NCBI GenBank assembly: GCA_951406725.2 | Contig: OX597830.1 | Span: 73,160,001 to 73,224,000, forward strand | Reading direction: 5' to 3' | Source of the DNA: Octopus vulgaris | Lineage: Eukaryota | Length of the DNA: 64,000 bases | Shown: positions 40,562 to 56,594 of the stretch, in pieces | Numbering within the stretch: position 1 is the first letter of the stretch | How the letters are laid out: the number at the start of each line of letters is the position of its first letter | Notes under the pieces: model-generated | What the model saw: the letters and a program-made list of their open reading frames with translations, nothing else | Database searches by the model: none | Told to the model about the DNA's origin: nothing | Made by a program: the position numbers and the translations under genes

Positions 40562-40582
40562 ACATCATATTTATCATCATCG

Positions 40583-40625
<43 letters not shown>

Positions 40626-40727
40626 TGTTATCGTCATCATCAGCAACAGCAGCTAAGGACCATTGTAAGTAGTAGCAGCAGTAAATAAGAAGCAGAAGTA
40701 GGAGTCACATTATATGAAGTAGCAGTG

Positions 40728-40784
<57 letters not shown>

Positions 40785-41000
40785 ACAGCAGCAGCCGGAC
40801 ACGCCAGCAACAGCAGCAACAGTAACAGCAAGACACCCTCCTCCTCCCCCCCCCTAGAACAGCAGCAGAAGCTGCAAAACAGCAGCAGCAGCGAGCAAGC
40901 AAGCAATTAACAGCAACAACAACAGCAGCAGCAGCAGCAGCAGTAGCAGCAGTAGCAGAAACAGCAGCAGCAGCAGCAGCAGCAATAGCAGCAGCTGTAA
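39410..41000. repeat. Trinucleotide-repeat mosaic upstream of the Hox start codon
   Basis: Runs of CTA, CTG, CAC, CAT, CCG, TAG and CAG; no (TA)n or SINEs. Confidence 0.9.
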
Positions 41001-41053
41001 GTAAGCAAGTAAGAACTGTAGGAAGAGAGATATTTACCATTAAATCTACAGTT

Positions 41054-41072
41054 TTAGTTTAGTTTCAGTCGG
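41054..41072 (+). promoter_or_regulatory. Candidate initiator cluster (TSS) of the Hox gene
   Basis: TTAGTT-TAGTT-TCAGTC (Inr-like TCAGTY at 41065-70) lies about 530 bp upstream of the ATG, at the switch into a purine-rich leader. Motif evidence only. Confidence 0.25.
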
Positions 41073-41594
41073 TGAGGCAGTCCAGAGAAGTGAGAGACTG
41101 CTGAGGGGAGGAGTAAAAATCTGGCAGTGAGACAGAGAGAGAGAGAGAGGAGACAATAGCGTGTGGGAGACAGTGTGAGGAAGAAAAAGAGACGGAGGAG
41201 GAGGAGGAGGAGGAGGAAAAGGAAGAGTGAGGCAATGAAAGAGTTTTGCTCTTTCTTATTGTTTGAACGTTTGTTTCTTTTTTTTTTAATTTTTATTATT
41301 ATTTACTTTGGAGAATACAACAAGCAAAGAGTGCCGGCTGGCTGGTTGGCTGGCTGGCTTACTTTTCAGCAGTGGTGAAGAAACGGACTGGAAGATAAGC
41401 AAGTGTTTTGTTTTTGTTATTTTTTTTTAACTGTTTAGAAGAAGACACAAGAAGAAGAGAAGGAGAAGGAAACGAAGAATAAAGATAATTTACAAAAAAA
41501 AAAAATAAAATAAAAGGAGGACAGAAGGAAAAAAATAAAAAAAAAAGAAAGAAGGAAGGAGTAAAGGCAGGAAGAAAAGAAAGAAAGAAGGAAG

Positions 41595-42891
41595 ATGGCG
41601 TCAGCTTTACACGCAGCTAACCCTGAAAGTTGGTCGCTGAAAACCCTACAACCGAACCGTCATCATTTATCGCCGTCCTTAATGCAACAGACCCTCCAGG
41701 CCCACACAAATATCAGTGTGAACAATCATTTGGCACATGTAAATTCGCCCCATGTTAATTCGCATTCACAAACACATGTAAATTCAAATTCACATGCAAG
41801 CGGACAGGCAAATGCACAAACACATGTACATATGCAACTGCACCCGGCCCACAGCAGCAGTAACAACATCAGTAATAGTATTAATAATAGTAATAGTAGT
41901 AGTAATAATATAACTAATAACAGTAGTAGTAATAGCAACAGCAGTAACACTAGTAGTTGTAGTAGTAATAGTAATAATAATGGTAATAGTGGTACTAATA
42001 ATAATAGCACGGCCCCTGTTCCTGCACTGACGAATACAATCGCTAATCCTGTTTCGACCCCGAATTTAGTTCCGGGTGGATCAACATCATCACCACCGGC
42101 AGCGGTAGCAGCAGCAGCATCAACAGTGGCAGCAACAGCAGTGTCAGCAAGAACATCACCAGTAGCAGCAGCAGCATCAGCAGCAGCATCAGTGACAGCG
42201 GCAGTAATAGCGGCCCTGCCAGCAGCACCGCCGTCACTACCATCCCATCATCAACAACAACAACAGCAACCTGCCCATCACAACCCTGTTCAACATCATT
42301 TACAGCAACACCAACTACAACAACAACAACAAGCTCACACACATCAAACTCATTCTCTGTTGAGTCCCCTGCATCACCACCCCCATCAACAACAACAACA
42401 ACACCAGCATCCCAGTTCACAACATCTTCACCAACAACCCATACACCAAAACCCTCCACCATCACATATACAATCACACCCGCAGCATCACCAGCAACAC
42501 CATCAGCAACCACATCACCAACAACAGCATCATCATCATCAGCAACAACAACAACAACATCAACAGCATCCACACTTACAACAGATGTCTCCACCCGGCG
42601 CTGCGGGTGTCTTGTCTGGCAGCGTTCTGGGGAAGCACTATCTACAAAACGGACATGCTCTCCAGGGGAACCCTCTCCTCGCAGCAGCGAACGCTTATAA
42701 CGAGAGGGCGGCTTACTGTTCCTACTTGCAGAATGGACTGGATTCTCGCAATAACCCTGAAATGACAGCAGCAACAGCGACAACAGTCCACCCTTATTCA
42801 CACAACCCGTTATCTCAGCAACATATACCGGCCCCTAGAAGTCCACCCGAAGATCACAACTCTGTTTTTTACCCATGGATGGGAATTGTTG
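41595..42891 (+). CDS. Lox4: First coding exon of a central-class (Ubx/abd-A-like, lophotrochozoan Lox4/Lox2) Hox transcription factor
   Basis: 432 open codons from a good-context ATG (AAGATGG), with N/S-, A- and Q/H-rich tracts. It ends NSVFYPWMGIVG (PBX-binding hexapeptide, YPWM at 42870-81; compare Ubx FYPWMAIAG), directly followed by the donor G|GTAAGT (phase 1). The Hox identity is strong, but Lox4 versus Lox2 is uncertain without the homeobox. Confidence 0.85.
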
Positions 42892-43235
42892 GTAAGTAAA
42901 AAGTTACAGATCTAATCTACCTTTGTGCGTGTTTATTTACATACAGTAAATAAATTAAATACATATAAAATATGTGTATATGCATGTATACATATACATA
43001 TAATGTATATATATATATATATTGTTCGCAATATAAGGAACATAACATATATATATATATTATATATATATAAAATAATGATATTTAGATTGTAAAAAGA
43101 TAAAAATATCTGGCGCATAAAATATTGGTGTAACGCTCTTGCTCGCTATCTTTTACAAACATGCATACACATACACAATACAAAAACAAAACTGTTTACA
43201 TATTTATGTCAGTGTATATCTGCACACACACACGC

Positions 43236-43286
<51 letters not shown>

Positions 43287-43753
43287 ATCAGATCGTTATT
43301 TAAATACCGATTTTATCAGGTGGCCAGCAATGAGATTGAAAACCTTCAAAGGTAATAATTATTATTAAAATTATAATTTACGGTATCCAAGAGATGCCAC
43401 CATGCTGGAAATAGCAGCGAAAACTTGACTCTAAAACACATCAAAATGTTCATACACCACTCTCCTGGTGCTGTAAGAATTATAATTTTAATAATAATTA
43501 TATATATATATATATATGAGTATGTATATATGCATGTCTCGCTCTATATATATATATATTCATATATATAAATAAATATATATATATAAAATGTCTGTGT
43601 TTGTGTATTTGAGTGTATATGTGTGTGTGCGTGTGTGTGTACATATAGATGAATATGTCACAAATATATAACTTTTTAAATATCACAACTATATAATAGG
43701 TAGGTAGTTAGATAATTAGTAGTTTCTACATGTATGTATCGGTTTTTCTAACA

Positions 43754-43828
<75 letters not shown>

Positions 43829-44236
43829 CATCCATCTATCTGCCTATCTATTTAACTATTTATCTATTTACGTATCTATTTACTCGCCCGCTTGCGTGCC
43901 TATCTATTTATCTAGCTTGGTATTTATTTTAAGATGTCCATATATATATATATATATATATTTCTGTGTTTATATAGGCACGTGTGCGCGTATACACACA
44001 TATTGTAAACACTCACATAGTTTTACACTTTTATGTCAAACACAAGTTCTTCAAATCAAATTTAAACAGAGGCGTATAGAGTTGTATGAGCGTTAACTAA
44101 TACGATACTGAAGAGATTAACAACCCAAAAATATTGAACGGACTCTACCGTAGGAAAGGAAGCACAGCCAACATTTGTAAGCAAAGTCTTCATAGCATGC
44201 TATACAAATGTATGCGTGTGTGTGTGTGTGTGCAGG

Positions 44237-44268
<32 letters not shown>

Positions 44269-44462
44269 TGCTGAGAGAGTGAGAGAGAATATTTTCGGTG
44301 TCTGTTCATATCAAATAAATGCCTGAAAATCCCTCACTGATATCAGCAGATATTTTGCAATTGTAAACAAGGAGAATGGTGTGAGCGTGTCGTTTTATAT
44401 TAAATCATATATTAAATATATCATATATAATTCTTTAAAATTATATTTATATATGCACACAG

Positions 44463-44614
<152 letters not shown>

Positions 44615-44676
44615 TTACATATATAAACATATGCATATATACATATATATACATATATACACACATATATAAACAT

Positions 44677-44716
<40 letters not shown>

Positions 44717-44790
44717 GTGCACACATATATATACACACAAATATATATATAAATTTATGTATATATATATATATGTATATATATGTATAT

Positions 44791-44833
<43 letters not shown>

Positions 44834-44965
44834 GTGAATGTATGGTTATATCTGTGTATGGGTGTTTATGTCTCATACACGAGAAATATGTATGACAGGC
44901 AGACGACAGACAGTCGGACAGACAAACAGACAGACAGATAGGTAGGTAGATAGATAGATAGATAA

Positions 44966-45054
<89 letters not shown>

Positions 45055-45895
45055 TAAATAGATAGATAGACGTCTTAACAGCATATTGTTGCTCAACTGA
45101 TTAAGTTCTTTCTTAACCTCAAAAATAAAATTATCTCTTTAACTGAAACAAATTTTTATGTTTTGAAATAAATGATTATATTGAAAATATTTAGAGAAAA
45201 AAACTTTACGATATCACTAAATCCTCTACATTAAGCTAATCTTTAGCAATAAACTTGCCGAAAAAATTTTTTTTCTTTTAAATTTTAGTTTCCTCGAAGT
45301 ATTCCTAAAATATGTGTCTCGCGTAAGTAACACTGGTAGACGTATGTTCACAAATTGCATGAAAATTTGTATTTTAAAGGGTGGTGAATTGGGAGAAATG
45401 GAAATGGGTTTAATAGGTCAGGAATACCTAAAACAAGAATATTTTTTTTACTCAAAAATGTTTGAAACTGTTGAACAAAGTTGCACAAAATTACTCAAGA
45501 AATTTTCTATTTGTACATTTTTCAAAATTTACGGCCGACGAAAATTTTTAGATATATGGAGAATATAAATATTTTATAGGTAAAAAATATATCTAGATAG
45601 AGATATGTGTGTGTATTTATAGATATATATTTACTTTATACAGAATGACAGTTGTCAATAAATAGAAATATTTATACATGCATACTTTCACACACACACA
45701 CACACATGTATATGTATAAGGAAAATTTGAAAATGCATATGTATATATATAGGTATATATAGAGATATATGTTTAAATACATATACATATAAAAATATAT
45801 GTATATATGCTTGTTATACATGTATACATGTATATATATATATACATGTATCTGTATATATATATATATATATACATATATTTATATCTATATAC

Positions 45896-45960
<65 letters not shown>

Positions 45961-46028
45961 ATATATGCATATATACATTCATAGATATACACATACCTAC
46001 ATATTTATGTATATATACATGCATATAT

Positions 46029-46291
46029 GGGTACAGGACATCAAACAATCGTGAACAAAATGAGAAACGAAAACATAGAAAACGAATTTTTTTTTTCGGA
46101 CAACGAAAACAAAACAAAAACAGAGAACCCAGACATGCAACATAAAGAACATTGCCTTCACCAGTTGTTCCTGTTTCATCTACTCCGCGTTTCGAAACCT
46201 TTGAAACGCGGAGTAGATGTAACAGGGACATCTTCGTTGTTCGAAAAAAAGTTCCTTTTCTAAGCGTTTGTTTTATGTTTTCGTTTCTCAT
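46029..46291. mobile_element. (TA)n-embedded foldback element with nested inverted repeats
   Basis: Outer IR TGAGAAACGAAAACATA (46061-77) / TATGTTTTCGTTTCTCA (46274-90). Inner 28-bp stem 46166-46193 / 46203-46230 has one mismatch and one G-U pair. Confidence 0.75.
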
Positions 46292-46298
46292 ACATATC

Positions 46299-46345
<47 letters not shown>

Positions 46346-46389
46346 TTTATTATATTAAATCATTTATTAAATATCGTATATAATTGTTA

Positions 46390-46443
<54 letters not shown>

Positions 46444-47007
46444 CATATTATATCATATTATATCAACAAACTCTCAGAAATGAGTTATTCTATTACTTTT
46501 GCTAAATTTTAATAAAAAAAATATATCATATTTTATATATACATATTACATACACACACACACACACGTGTATGTATATCTGTATAGAGGCATAGACATA
46601 TTTATATAGAATATAAATATAATAAAACTGTCAGTTAATCGTTCACATTTGTAGAAGATAGGAAAGTTATTTATATTTGATTTTAATGTCTTTTTGGGTG
46701 ACATTTAATGAATTCTTCAAACACAAATATTATCATAGTTCTATATTTTTTCGACTTCTTTGCGTTACAATATCTGTGAGTATATTGATGTATACATATA
46801 TCCATCCATACATAATACATGTATACATACATAAATACATATATATATGTGTGTGTGCCTTTATACATATATAATATATACGTGAATATATTTTAAAATT
46901 TGTATACTGTATATGTATAGATATTTATATACGTATATTATATATACATAAATATATACATTTTTAAGCTTGTATATATGAATAGGTATTTAGATACGTA
47001 TATTATA

Positions 47008-47041
<34 letters not shown>

Positions 47042-47263
47042 CGCACGCACGCGCATATAATGTGTGTTTCTATATCTGTATATTTGTGATTCCCTATAAT
47101 AAATGAGAGAATCTTTTGTACGCTAATTTTGAGCGAGAACCTTTTAGATAACAACAATATTCTTATAACATTCTGCAAAGGAAAACATGCTATTTGAGCC
47201 ACCCGTCTTAATATTATGCTAGCTATAACAGGAGGCTGCCGCTATTTTCAGTTATACATACAA

Positions 47264-47305
<42 letters not shown>

Positions 47306-47332
47306 CATGTGAAAATTAAAATATATTATGTT

Positions 47333-47396
<64 letters not shown>

Positions 47397-47617
47397 TATA
47401 TTTATGTATATATACATAAATATATATATATATAGATGTATATATATATATATATATATTTATGTATATATACATCAATTTATATAAATACACATGTACA
47501 CATATTTGTGAATACACACATATATATATGTATATTAATACACACATATACATATATGTATCGTCTCCTTGTGTGTTTTTGCGTTCTTGTCCCACTTTGT
47601 AATTTATATTTTATATT

Positions 47618-47804
<187 letters not shown>

Positions 47805-49347
47805 CCCAACCAACACTGTGGTATGTAGAAATACATGTGTGTGTGTGTCTGCACGCGCCTGTGCATGTATATATCTATACAGATTTATGTATATGTGTAT
47901 ATTTATATGTGTGTGTGTATATATATATGAGTATATATATATATATATGTATAGATATATATATATTGTATATATGTGCGTATGTGTCTATGTTTGTGTG
48001 TATATCTTACAGTCATACGTATATATATATATATATATATATATACGACCACAAAAAATATAATCATATGATATATTTATGCAACCCTATATGTAATGTA
48101 GTTCAACTTAAAAAATCATAATCACATTTATGATATTGTTGATTCAATATCGTTATGAAATTTAGGCAAATACAGATGTCAGATTGTGCAAGTTACAAGT
48201 TCAGCTTTATATCAGTAGAAGACGGCTTGTTTCAGTGTTTCAGTGATAATTTCTGCTGTTCAGATAAATAAGTAGAGTGAAGATATAGATGTATTATAGT
48301 CGTCTGTATTTACTTAGCTACGAACGATTAATTGTGTAGTTCATGACTCTCAAAAGACCTCACTCTAGTCGATTTGTTTTATTTTCCCATGTACACTAGA
48401 GATGTATTTGTTTGTGTTTATGTATGTATGTTTGTATGTATGTATGTATGTATGTATGTACGTAGGAGCGCGTAGGTCTATGTCTGTATAAAAGTGTCTG
48501 TATGTATGTGTATGGCAGCCTAGTTATTCCCTTACAATATTAGGTGTCAGCATGTGCGTGTTGTGCGTGTATAAATGTATGTGTATATGTATGTATATAT
48601 GCATGAATGTATGCGTGTATGTATATCTATGTATGTATGTACATATGTATGTACTTATGTATTTGTATGTGTGTATATATATATATATATAATTAAGTAT
48701 ATAATGCACAAACATATACATATATATGTATATTTATATAAATATATAACTCACAAACATATGCACGCATATATATCTATAATATAACCGCACACATATA
48801 TGCGTATTCTTTAACAAGAATGGTTTAAGACGGTCCAATGATGGCTTAGCTAGACCAACCTTCGAAGTCCCAATCAGTAACGTTCCTGTTACATATTACT
48901 AAATTTGTACTTCACCCAAATTATGAAGTGACCATAACGATTAATGTAAGAAATTGTTTTCATTATAATTGATCTTAAAAAACAAACACCTCGGTAGTCA
49001 CACACATACAAATATAAATGTATGTATGCTTGTGTGTGTATTTATTTATAAGCATATGTGTATCAGCATGCGTGCACATGTATGCTTACACATTAAACAG
49101 TGTGGCTATTTATATCGTAAATATTAAGCGTTCTTATATATACATACATATATACATACACACACACACACATATATATGTGTATGGGTAAGTATATATA
49201 TACAACCACACATATATATACATATACCATACATCTATATAAATATAATATATATTTATTTATACACACATAAATATATATATATATATACATATATAGT
49301 TAGCGTATACATATGTATGTACACATACACACATACACAAACACAGA

Positions 49348-49393
<46 letters not shown>

Positions 49394-49420
49394 GTATTTG
49401 TGTGTGTGTGTGTGTGTGTG

Positions 49421-49620
49421 TGTGTCTGTTTGTCCCCCATCATCGCTTTCCGCCGATGCCTGTGTGTTTACGTCCCCGCTATCAAGCGGTTTGTCAAAGA
49501 GATCGATAGAATTAGTACTAAGCTTACAAAAAATAAGACCTCGGGCTGATCTGTTCGACTAAAGGCAGTACTCCAGCATGGCCGCAGTCAAATGACTGAA
49601 ACAAATAAAAGTATATAAGA

Positions 49621-49622
<2 letters not shown>
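49421..49622 (+). mobile_element. SINE family A 3' half (intronic)
   Basis: TGTGTCTGTTTGTCCCCC...CTCCAGCATGGCCGCAGTCAAATGACTGAAACAAATAAAAG. Confidence 0.85.
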
Positions 49623-49706
<84 letters not shown>

Positions 49707-50423
49707 GTATATAAATATATATATATATATATGTATGTATGTAAGTATATAAACATATATATGTATCTATGTAAATATATATGTACATATATGCATATAT
49801 ATATATGTTTATATATATATACATATATATACATATATACATATATATATGTATATATGTATACATGTATATGTATGTAAATATATGTATGTCTTTCAAT
49901 CTATCTATCTATGTATTTTCATTCCCATAGCCAGTGGTTCAAAGATAGCGTCCATGCTTATGTTTTGCAAATTAATTTCCGTTAATCTCTACGTCAGATG
50001 TACGTGCAAATCTAATTATTATATAATCCATATATAAATATTAATGAATATATAAGTACTGCTATAAAACTCATTGTAATAATTCACCTCAGACTTAAAA
50101 GAAATATCAAATATTATTTGCAAGTTGGCTGCATAAAGAAGTCAAGCGTATATATCTATCGATCAATCTATCTAATATTTTTTAAGCTATCTATCATTCT
50201 CGCGTTCACTTAATCTTAATATGAGTTTCTTGTCTGTGTATGTGTGTATGAATATATATTAGACATATGAAGATGCAGCTATGCGTGTATGTGTGTGTAA
50301 TTTGTGCGCGCGTGTGTATGTGTGCTTGTATACGTGTGTGTATCTCTACGGGTGTTGCATATATATATATATATATGAAAAGTGTACGTGGCATATATAT
50401 ACATATATGTATGCCATGTACTT

Positions 50424-50490
<67 letters not shown>

Positions 50491-50621
50491 TATATATATA
50501 TTTATATAGATAAATTTTCACAGAACTGTATGAATATATGTGTGTGTGAGTGTGTTTATATATATATATATATATAAATCTATTGTCTTATATATATATA
50601 TATATATACACCCTTTTCATG

Positions 50622-50666
<45 letters not shown>

Positions 50667-50712
50667 CCTTCACCTGTTTCCGTCTTTCATTTTCTGTAAA
50701 TTTGAACTACAT

Positions 50713-50792
<80 letters not shown>

Positions 50793-51320
50793 ATGATATA
50801 TATTCATATATATCTTTTATACATGATATTTAGATGAATTTTTTAACGTATTCACGTATGAAATTTAATTAAAAGTATACCTAAATGCAAAGGCTTGTAT
50901 ACATACGTCTTAATATTTTAATTCAGACATACATATACACATACACACACACTAATATGTATTCATATCAAGTTATATCTTATGATATAATATATGTCAT
51001 ATTTCACATTTTAGTTTCACTAATTTGAAGCAAAATTTCACTTGAAAATTGACTTAGCTGCAAAATGTATTTAGCCAAATTAATTTTCATAAGATTTTTA
51101 TTTCAGAGAAGCATGAAAACATAACTATTGTAAGTTTTGTAGAAATGTTGCTGGGAAACCTCAAGATCGCCCTCAAACTTCTAAGTAGCGAAATACGATC
51201 ATATACATGTTATATGTATATAGTTAATTCAAATAAACCAAGAATTAAAACGCGAGGATATACACTAGAAATATATTAGTTTGAAACTCGATGAATCGTG
51301 GGATTTGTTGCTACACACAC

Positions 51321-51367
<47 letters not shown>

Positions 51368-51504
51368 TTTATACATATAAATGTATATATATATGTGCAT
51401 ATATGTATATACATAAATATATGTATATATATATTCACATGTATATATATGTACACACACATATACTTATATGTTAATATATATATATATACATATATAT
51501 ATAA

Positions 51505-51588
<84 letters not shown>

Positions 51589-52394
51589 CATATTTACATA
51601 CACACACATATATATATATATATCTTTAAGTGTGTGTTTGCCCCGGCCACCTTCCTGGCCAAACACAGTTGCTATATCTATGTTCCTTTATCATGGCGGT
51701 TCGGCAAAACAGATCGAGGGAGAGAGAGTGAGTGAGTGAGAGAGAGAAAAAGAGATTGATAGATTAGAAAGATAGATAGATATACAATAATTATACGTAT
51801 ATACACATATGTGTAACGTCGAAGATATATTATATTATATTATATATATTATATTATATCCTATTGCATATTACTTTATGCTATGGTATAACTTTATTTG
51901 CTAATGTGATTTGTGTTATTATCAAACTACGTCCAGACCTTGCTCTTCGGTATATCTTGTTGGCAACAGTATTCATTACGGCCTCCTATTTAACCGATAG
52001 ATAGGAGAGCAACTTATTTCAATACAAATAAATACACATATAAATATATACCTATCCGGTAGCATGGCTGTATGATAGAGAAGCCCCGTCTGCAGTCATG
52101 ACATTTTGGGTTCAGTCTCATTGAAAGGCACAATGCGAAAGTCGTTTTAGTATACCACCGGATAGATAAATGATTTGTCTTTCTTTTTTATACACACATA
52201 CAGAAGCGGACACATATACATACTCATACACACTATTGCACACACAAATGCGAGATATATTATGTATATATATATATATATATATATTAGTAAGTATATA
52301 TGCATTCACGTACCTTTATATATTGATATATAATGGCATATATGCTCACACACAAAAACATATGTATAATATGTATGTATGTTTGTTTGCATAG

Positions 52395-52441
<47 letters not shown>

Positions 52442-52593
52442 CTATATAATATTTGTATAATCTTCTATTTATGTGTGTGTTTGTATGGTCATATTCAATT
52501 TATATATGTATATCAATTGTATATATACACACACTCACACACACACACACATACATATATATATTTAAAATTTATATATACAGCTATATATAT

Positions 52594-52683
<90 letters not shown>

Positions 52684-53099
52684 CAGTCTACTTTCCATGA
52701 TGCGTATAAAATTTTAAACATTCTTTATATAAACCAAAATAATGCAAGAAATAAAACTTATATTCGAGATTATTGATTAGTCCACTTTTCCATGCATTTC
52801 AATAATTCAGTGTTCGGCCGCCTGCTTCGATCAGTTTACGGAGAAAAGTTGTTTTTCTGTTCTGTATGAAAATGCATACACAATACATACATACATATCT
52901 CCATACATACATACATACATACATACATACATACATACATACATACATACATACATACATACTTACATACATACATATATATATAAATTGTAAATATATA
53001 TATGTATGTTTGTGTGTGTGTGAGTGTGTGTATATAAACAATTGATATACAGAGTTTTATTTTGACTATTGGGTAAATGTAACATTATTTTATAGATAC

Positions 53100-53162
<63 letters not shown>

Positions 53163-53170
53163 AGTTTATG

Positions 53171-53238
<68 letters not shown>

Positions 53239-53371
53239 AAGTTGGTGTGTAAAATGTATATATAAATGTATATATGAATATATGTTTACTTTTATATAAA
53301 TATGTACATACAATTACACACGCATATATATATCTGTATGAATATACATATATTTATATATACGAATATAG

Positions 53372-53495
<124 letters not shown>

Positions 53496-54118
53496 TATAT
53501 ATATATTATATATATATATATATATAGATAGATAGATGATAGATAGATTGATTAATAAATAGATAGATAGATAGATTGATAGATCGATCGATAGATAGAT
53601 AGAGATCAGATATTATACATATAGGTAAATATTTGTTGGTACGTACCTATATGTATATGTAATGAATCTATGTTAGTACATGCAAATAGATAAATACAGA
53701 TTCAGCCACACATAGTCGTATTGTTTCAATATTTACAAGTTCTCATTTTCATCTTCCTATAGTGTGAAGTGTTTAAAGAATGATGTCGCATCTCTTTCTC
53801 TATTTCCTCCTCTATTTCCTTCTCTATTTCTTTCTCTTTTTCACTCCGTCTTTCGTTCCCAAAACAAAAAGTTAAAGATATACACAGTTACAGAATGGCA
53901 GCCTTATAGTACAATAGTAATGCCATGAGACTATATAAGACACGGGTATCATATATCACCCTAGAATATATTGAATGGTATCTGTCTCTGTAGCAGGTGA
54001 CCTGACCCATGAGAGAGACTGAAGTTAATACTATATATTCACGTTTAAACATTGCATTATTTATGGTACATATGTGTATACATATTTACACCCAAGCATA
54101 CACATACACATGTGTGCG

Positions 54119-54144
<26 letters not shown>

Positions 54145-54150
<6 letters not shown>

Positions 54151-54283
54151 AATATACAAATGCAATATATATATATATATATATGTATACATAAATATAC
54201 AAATGCATATATATATATATATATGTATACATAAATATACAAATGCATATATATATATATATATGTATACATAAATATATAAA

Positions 54284-54300
<17 letters not shown>
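54145..54300 (+). repeat. Compound minisatellite, 4 units of ~40-43 bp
   Basis: Unit CATAAATATACAAATGC(AT)nGTATA starts at 54147, 54190, 54230 and 54270. Confidence 0.85.
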
Positions 54301-54319
<19 letters not shown>

Positions 54320-54904
54320 TAAATGCATACATATATGGATGCCTATACGCGTAAATATCTTATATGTCTTTACAAATACATGTGTAAGTATATAGATGCA
54401 GGCAAACATGTAGGATATTTTGTCAACGCTACATGAAATCACATTCAGAGGCTGATACGTTTTACACGTAATAGGAACATGTAGGACACATGCAAACATT
54501 CACACATGCGCAGGTACACATAAACACATATACATACATGCACAAACATAAACACACATATTTGTATATATCAGTATGTGTATTTATGTATAATTATATA
54601 TGGTTGTATGAGGGTGTGTGCGTGTAAATATATGTGTGTCTGCCTGAGTGTGTGTATTTCTGTATATACACACACACACACACAAACACACACATATATG
54701 TAACTATATGTACGCATAGACATACACACGAATAGATGCCTACATGTCTACATGCATACATACAAACATTGAATGTGAACTTGTATCTGTATGACTCATA
54801 TCACGGTCACTCGATATTTAACAAAATTTATTTATTATTAAAACAAACTCTAGTGTTTCTCAATTCGAACGTATCAGAAATATTTGATTCTTATGCATAT
54901 ACAT

Positions 54905-54987
<83 letters not shown>

Positions 54988-55051
54988 GGAACCTACCTAT
55001 CTATACATATTCATATACATGTACATATCTATGTATATACATATGAATATG

Positions 55052-55093
<42 letters not shown>

Positions 55094-55095
<2 letters not shown>

Positions 55096-55482
55096 GAGTT
55101 GTTGTGTGATAACTAGGTTGCTTACCAACCACATGGTCCCGGGTTCAGTCCCACTGCATGACAACTTGTGCAAGTGTCTTCTACTATAGCCTCGGGCCGA
55201 CCAAGGCCTTGTGAGTTGATTTGGTAGACGGAAACTGAAAGAAGCCCGTCGTATATATGTATATATTTATGTGTGCTTGTGTGTCTGTGTTTGTCCTCCC
55301 CAACAGCGCTTGACAACCGATGCTGGTGTGTTTTCGTCCATTTAACTGAACATTCGGCAAAACAGACCGATAGAATAAGTACTGGGCTTACGAAGAATAA
55401 GTCCTGGAGTCGATTTGCTCGACAAAAGGCTGTGCTCCAGCATGGCAACAGTCAAATGATTGAAACAAGTAAAAAAGAGAGT
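55094..55482 (+). mobile_element. SINE family A, full length (intronic)
   Basis: Decayed A box, B box GGTTCAGTCCC, complete body and tail. Confidence 0.88.
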
Positions 55483-55761
55483 ACATATAAATATATATAT
55501 ATATATATATATTGACTGTTGTGAGCGTGTAGGGTCTCCTAGTCTCTGCCACACATTCACTCATACACAAACAGTATGTTTATATGAATAATGGATGTAT
55601 ATAAGTGCTTGTTGTCTGTTTTCTCATGAAAACATATGGATACATTTTCTCCAAAACTGTAACGTATAGTTCACGCCAGTATTTTTGTAAATCATTTATC
55701 ATACAATTATAAACTACATTCCTGTTATGGACGTGAACTAACAACACAATCCCATATGTAA

Positions 55762-55797
<36 letters not shown>

Positions 55798-55922
55798 TGT
55801 ATATATGTATGCATACGTGTTTATGTTTATGCATATATATTTGTTCAACTAAAGCCGGTGCTGCAGCATGGCCGCAGTCCGATAAATGTAAAAGAATATA
55901 TGTATACATAATTGTAAGTATG

Positions 55923-56594
<672 letters not shown>

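Noticed and set aside
41094-41100. DPE downstream of the candidate initiator
   Set aside because: AGACT lies at +29 rather than +28 and does not fit RGWYV.
42043-42801. 252-aa antisense ORF over the Hox exon
   Set aside because: It is the shadow of CAN/GCA-rich sense codons, has a non-ATG start and shows no recognisable domain.
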